Assembly: GCA_016839705.1 (NCBI GenBank)
Contig: JAEOTR010000053.1
Span: 37,878-101,877, forward strand
Reading direction: 5' to 3'
DNA length: 64,000 bases
DNA from: Promethearchaeota archaeon
GTDB taxonomy: Archaea > Asgardarchaeota > Lokiarchaeia > Sigyniarchaeales > SOKP01
Both the position numbers and the translations under genes were made by a program. The number at the start of each line of letters is the position of its first letter. Within the stretch, counting starts at the first letter, position 1. Below, one piece after another: positions 59,038 to 64,000 of this stretch. Below the pieces are notes generated by a model, which had not been told where the DNA came from, ran no database searches, and saw nothing but the letters and a program-made list of their open reading frames with translations.

Positions 59038-60744
59038 TTATCTTTTTATTTCATAGCCAGCTTTCTCTCGATCATAAGTTGTTTCGACGACTCCACGTTC
59101 TTTGAGAAATCTCTTCATAATTCTATGTACCTTACTTTTAGGGAGTGCATCAACGAAATCTATAAATCGGGGTACTTGAAAATAGGCGAGTTTATCTTGA
59201 ATAACGTCAAGCAATTCCTCAGCTCTCATTGTTTGACCTGGTTGCATTACCACCGCAACCATCACTTCATCTTCAGCGTAATCTTCTCCTACTTGGTGCC
59301 CTTTAATACCATACGCAGCAGATTCCAATACCTTTTCATGCTCATTGATGACTCTTTCAATACTCCATGCGGCAATATTTTCTCCACGCCGTCGAATTGA
59401 ATCTTTCTTCCGATCAACAAAAAAGAACCAGCCATTCTCATCTTTAGTTGCTAGATCTCCTGACATGAACCATGTTGTACCATCTGGGGCTACTTGAGTG
59501 CGTGCTGCGGAAGCCTCGGGATTCTTGTAATAGAAAACTTTTCTAGTTGCTTTTTCTTCTTCTTTTACTAAGAATACTAATTCCCCAACTTCATTAGGAG
59601 CTAAAATATTCATGTCATCATCCATAATTTCAGCAATAACTCCTTCGGCTTGTTTTCCCATTGAGCCTACAGGAGCATCAGGAGATCCACCAGTACCCAA
59701 ATTAAATCCGGCACCATCAACTGCACCATAACCTTCATAAAGTTTTAGACCAAATCTCTCCTCAAAAGCTCTTACCAGTTCTTTGGGACAAGCTGCGGAA
59801 TTTACGCGCCATACTTTATGATGTTTATCATTTGGACGTTCCGGTTGCTTCATGAGATACTGTGGCATTGAACCGAGTAGATTAAAGTTAGTTACACCGT
59901 ATTTTCGAATCATGTCCCAAAATCGTGAGGCAGAAAATCTTTTAGCAAGTACAAGTGGGAATTCTGCTGCATATGCAGGCATAGTTGATAATCCAAGAGC
60001 ATTTCCATGAAATAGGGGTAAACACGTAAAGAATGTGTCACCAGGGCGTCCCATCCCATAAGCAACGAAGGCTGAACCAAGAAGAGAATATCCAATCATA
60101 CCTCTAAAAAAAGAAGTGGTTGCTTTTGGCAATCCAGTTGTTCCAGAGGTATACATTAACATAGACATATTATCGGGCTTTATCTCTATGTTTGTATCCG
60201 CATCTGAGGGTTCCATTATGCTTTGAAGTGATAAAACACCATCAGGTAATTTAAAATCAGCTAGAGCTTCGTTTATGTCTACAATAACGTGTTTAATCTT
60301 CGGGAGTTGCTCTTTAATATTTATATAGTTTTCTAGCAATGTCCAATGGATTATAAGTGTTTTACTGTCAGAATGGTCAACAATATACTGTAATCCATCA
60401 CCCTTCAATCCTGTATTAACCAGTACGACATAGTTACCTATTTTATAAGCGCCAAATAACGAAAAAAGAAACTCAGGACTATTAATTTCAACCAGAGAGA
60501 TTCCATCTCCTCGTTTTATTCCTAAATTTAATAACCCATTAGCGATTCGGTTAGATTGTAAATGCATGTCTTTATATGTGTATTTTTCATCTATACCCTT
60601 ATCAAAATCTCTAACATAAGTCATAAAAACTTTATCTCCAACTGTTTCTGCCTTATTCTTTACGAAATCAGCAAAAGTAGTGGTAGGAGTTATCTTGTTT
60701 TTTTCAATTAGAAATTTTCTAACTTCCTCAAACGATATAGCCAT
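59038..60744 (-). CDS. AMP-forming acyl-CoA ligase (CaiC-like)
   Basis: YTSGTTGLPK, LPLFHGNA, YGAVDG, SGD, DRKKDSIRRRGENI. Confidence 0.92.
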   Translation of the reverse strand: MAISFEEVRKFLIEKNKITPTTTFADFVKNKAETVGDKVFMTYVRDFDKGIDEKYTYKDMHLQSNRIANGLLNLGIKRGDGISLVEINSPEFLFSLFGAYKIGNYVVLVNTGLKGDGLQYIVDHSDSKTLIIHWTLLENYINIKEQLPKIKHVIVDINEALADFKLPDGVLSLQSIMEPSDADTNIEIKPDNMSMLMYTSGTTGLPKATTSFFRGMIGYSLLGSAFVAYGMGRPGDTFFTCLPLFHGNALGLSTMPAYAAEFPLVLAKRFSASRFWDMIRKYGVTNFNLLGSMPQYLMKQPERPNDKHHKVWRVNSAACPKELVRAFEERFGLKLYEGYGAVDGAGFNLGTGGSPDAPVGSMGKQAEGVIAEIMDDDMNILAPNEVGELVFLVKEEEKATRKVFYYKNPEASAARTQVAPDGTTWFMSGDLATKDENGWFFFVDRKKDSIRRRGENIAAWSIERVINEHEKVLESAAYGIKGHQVGEDYAEDEVMVAVVMQPGQTMRAEELLDVIQDKLAYFQVPRFIDFVDALPKSKVHRIMKRFLKERGVVETTYDREKAGYEIKR

Positions 60745-60956
60745 AATTGTTTAACCAATTTGTAATTTTAGATCGTAGAATTTTATATAGCTTAATAAAT
60801 TGTTGATTGAAATGTTTGAAACAAAAATAAATTAGTAGTTATCATATCAAAAGACATTTTACAATGAATTAATGACTACTTGGCAAAGAATATTCCAAAG
60901 TCTTAAAAGGAAAATTTGCTTCTTTTGTATTATCTTAAAAGTGAAAACCAATCAAA

Positions 60957-62993
60957 ATGCCCCAATCAGCTCCTAAAGATATAAGACATGCTGAAAATCT
61001 AAGGCGTGAAGGGAAGTTATAAGAAGCCCTTGAGGTTATCAATGATATAGAAAAGAAAGGAGACCTTATACCTCGGGATCAATTAACCTTACTTATTGTA
61101 AAAGGAAAAATATTAACTATGTATCAACGATTAGGGGAAACCGTTAGAGTTGGGAAAATGGCATATCGTTTAAGTCAGAGTTTAGGGAGAACCAAAGAAA
61201 CTATAACTTCCCTTCTTTTTAAAGCAAATTCTCTCTATCTCGGACAACATGACAAAGCCATTAAATATGTTGTCGAAGCTGAGAGTTTACTCAATTCTCT
61301 CTCTGATGTTTCACCTTCATATCTCACCAGACAGAAAAAAAATATTTTGTTCAGGAAATCATATGCTTATTTTTATAAAGGAGAATGGGATGAAGCATTA
61401 GAAGCAGGACTGGAGTGTTTAAAGTTACTAGAAAATTCTGGTAATAAATCAGATACCGCATACATCTTGTATCTGCTAGGATGCATATACTTAAGAAAAG
61501 ATGATATTGATATCGCTCTTGATTACGCTTCGAGTGGTTTAACGATGTTTGAAGAAATAGGGGATCAAGTAGGTTTAGCAACGATTCTTGAATTGCTTGG
61601 CGCAATTTCTTATAATAAGGGTGAACTTAATCAAGCAATTAAATACTGTAAAAAGATTTTATCCTCAATAATGATCAGTAGTCGAGTCAAACTCTTGAGT
61701 ATGAGTCTTCTAGGAGAGGTTTATGTAATCCGAGGTGAATTCGATAAAGCTTTAAAGTATTCAAAACAGGGAATTGTACTTGCAGAGAAAGATAATTTAT
61801 ATGATTTTTTTGTTAGATTTCAAATTAAGATTGGTAGTATATATATGTTAAAGGGAGAGTATGATCTTGCATTAGAATATCTAAAGCCTGGTTTATCACT
61901 TGCAGAAAAAATGAAAGATGTCCTTGGTATCACTAGTTCATTAGTATACCTTGTATTTTTATATCTTGAAAAAGATGATATTGAAGAAGTAAAAAAATAC
62001 CTAAAACGATTAAAGAAAATGGAAGTTCAAATGGGTGTAAAGGTAATAACTCATGCTTATCAACTTTTAAAAGCAATATTCTTGTTAAAAACGGGGGGAA
62101 GCCGCAATCGAACAGAAGCAGAAACATTGTTAAAACAAATCTCTTCGGATGAAACCAATTTAATCATAATTACAAATGCTCTGATTTATCTCTGTGAATT
62201 TTATCTAGAGGAATTAAAGCTATTTGAAGATACTGAAGCATTATCAAAAGTCAACCCACTAATAGGGCAATTATATAAAATCTCAGAGGAACAACGTTTG
62301 TATGGAACTTTAGCTGAGACAAAATTATTACAGGCAAAAGTGGCATTAATTCAAATGAATTTTGAGGAGGCGCAACGGTTATTGACTCAAGCTCAACGTG
62401 TAGCTGAGTTATACGGTATTACACGTACGGCTCAAAAGATTTCAAGCGAACATGATAATTACTTAGAAAAATTAAGTGAATGGAAAAGTCTTAAAGAAAG
62501 AGATGCTCCAGTATCAGAGCGTTTGAGATTAGCCTCAGTTGAGGGAGTAATCGAACGCTTACAAGGTAAAGGCGCAATAGAGCCTCCAGAATTGGTTGAT
62601 GAAGAACCGATCGTACTTTTAATCATGGATAAAAGTGGAGTTTCATATTTTACTTACCCATTTAAAGAAGATTGGGATTTTGAATGGCTCTTTAGCTCAT
62701 TCATGTCGGCGTTTGACACATTTAGCTCAGAAGTTTTTTCCGAATCGATTGATCGTATCAAAATCGGTGAAAACTTAATCCTTATCAACCCGATTGAAAC
62801 ATTTCTGGTATGCTACGTAATTAAAGGCCAATCATACCTTGGTTTGCAAAAGCTCAATCGATTCTCAGAAGCTGTAAGAAATAATTCTGATATTTGGGAA
62901 AGGCTGACTAAAGCGGTTCAAACAGGTGAAGAATTGGAATTGAATAATCCCACTGCTCTTGGGGATGTAATGAATGAAATTTTTTCTGTTTGA
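60957..62993 (+). pseudogene. TPR-repeat protein with C-terminal longin-like domain, interrupted by an in-frame TAA at codon 22
   Basis: ATG 60957 MPQSAPKDIRHAENLRREGKL*EALEVI... is in frame with ORF 61119..62993; TPRs; C-terminal PIVLLIMDKSG...LFSSFMSAF. Confidence 0.7.
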
Positions 62994-63056
62994 TTAATAT
63001 AGTGAGATTATAATTAGAATAAAAAAAGAGAATATTTGAAAATAGATTAAATAATT

Positions 63057-64000
63057 TTATCTTTTTATCTCATAACCAGCTTTTTCTCGGTCATAAGTCT
63101 TTTCAGTAACTCCCTGTTCTTTGAGAAATCGTTTCATTATTCTATGAACTTTTGATTTTGGCAATGCTTCTACAAAATCAATAAAGCGCGGGATTTGGAA
63201 GTATGCAAGTTTATCTTGAAGGAAATCTAATAATTCTTCAGCTTCCATCGTTTGATTCGGTTGTAATACGACAGCAACCATCACCTCATCTTCAGCATAG
63301 TCCTCTCCTACTTGATGCCCTTTAATACCGTATGCAGCAGATTCCAGTACTTTATCGTGTAGATTAATAGCTCGTTCAATAGACCATGCTGCTATATTTT
63401 CTCCACGTCGACGGATTGAATCTTTCTTTCGATCTACAAAGAAGTACCAACCATTCTCGTCTCTGGTTGCTAAATCACCAGTGAGAAACCATGATCTACC
63501 ATCAGAAGCCTTTTGGATTCGGGCTGCTGATGCTTCTGGATTCTTATAATAAGATACTTTTCGTTGGTCTTTTTCTTCTTCTTTTACTAGAAATACTAAT
63601 TCCCCTACCTCATCAGGTCCTAATATATTCAAATTATCGTCCATAATTTCTGCAACAGTACCTTCTGGTGCTTTTCCCATAGATCCTACAGGGGCATTTA
63701 GGTCACCTCCAGCTCCTAGACTGAAACCGCCTCCATCTACTGCACCGTAACCTTCAAACAGTTTTACATTGAACCGTTCTTCGAAATCCCTCACAAGTTC
63801 TTTTGGAGCAGCAGCAGAGCCAATAAATTGAACTTTATGGTCTTTATCATTTGGGCGTGGTGGTTGCTTCATGAGATACTGTGGCATTGAACCTAAAGTA
63901 TTAAAAGTTGTCACTTCATATTTTCGTACTATATCCCAGTGTCTTGAAGCGGAAAATCGCTTAGATAACACGACAGGGACTTCACCATAATACCCAGGCA
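63057..64000 (-). CDS. AMP-forming acyl-CoA ligase (CaiC-like), 5'-truncated by the window edge
   Basis: Frame open to the edge (...PGYYGEVPVVLSKRFSAS); very similar to 59038..60744. Confidence 0.92.
   Translation of the reverse strand, partial: PGYYGEVPVVLSKRFSASRHWDIVRKYEVTTFNTLGSMPQYLMKQPPRPNDKDHKVQFIGSAAAPKELVRDFEERFNVKLFEGYGAVDGGGFSLGAGGDLNAPVGSMGKAPEGTVAEIMDDNLNILGPDEVGELVFLVKEEEKDQRKVSYYKNPEASAARIQKASDGRSWFLTGDLATRDENGWYFFVDRKKDSIRRRGENIAAWSIERAINLHDKVLESAAYGIKGHQVGEDYAEDEVMVAVVLQPNQTMEAEELLDFLQDKLAYFQIPRFIDFVEALPKSKVHRIMKRFLKEQGVTEKTYDREKAGYEIKR

Noticed and set aside
61020-61022. Stop-codon recoding (Sec/Pyl) in the TPR-longin gene
   Set aside because: The codon is TAA, not TGA or TAG, and TAA is the usual stop in neighbouring genes
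1432-62127. Many short ORFs overlapping long genes (e.g. 1432..1704, 9876..10223, 19496..19732, 22605..22916, 49487..49978, 52664..53029, 56445..56798)
   Set aside because: Antisense or alternate-frame shadows of well-supported genes, with no motifs of their own

Overview
AT-rich (roughly 30% GC by eye), gene-dense archaeal chromosome segment. The archaeal histone, CCA-less tRNA, roadblock/longin/small-GTPase fusions, RING-H2 protein and large expansions of acyl-CoA metabolism paralogs point to an Asgard archaeon, most likely Lokiarchaeia (inference from gene content). The left half (1-31 kb) is mixed: tRNA-Arg(CCT), an aldehyde:ferredoxin oxidoreductase with two MoaD/ThiS-like proteins, a 7-PAS histidine kinase, a histone, leuB, thiD/thiC and several eukaryotic-signature-like genes. 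The right half (32-64 kb) is a catabolic neighbourhood with 3 OYE-family reductases, 3 SDRs, 5 crotonase-fold enzymes, an SCP2-type thiolase plus DUF35, a CaiB/BaiF transferase, 2 GPH-family MFS transporters, a sulfatase and 3 acyl-CoA ligases. The best novelty candidates are: (1) two tandem proteins built as Roadblock + Rab-like GTPase (G3 motif DxGAQ instead of DxxGQ) + an apparent C-terminal pseudo-GTPase domain, divergent from a RING-TPR gene; (2) a membrane-anchored beta-helix protein coupled to a membrane-anchored wHTH regulator, with an upstream 11-bp inverted repeat, sitting between thiD and thiC; (3) a fused DppB-DppC permease that appears to lack both ATPase-coupling EAA loops; (4) a protein with about ten 58-aa three-helix repeats ahead of canonical TPRs. 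No CRISPR array, rRNA, integrase or transposase was seen. All calls come from motif reading only; no database searches were run.
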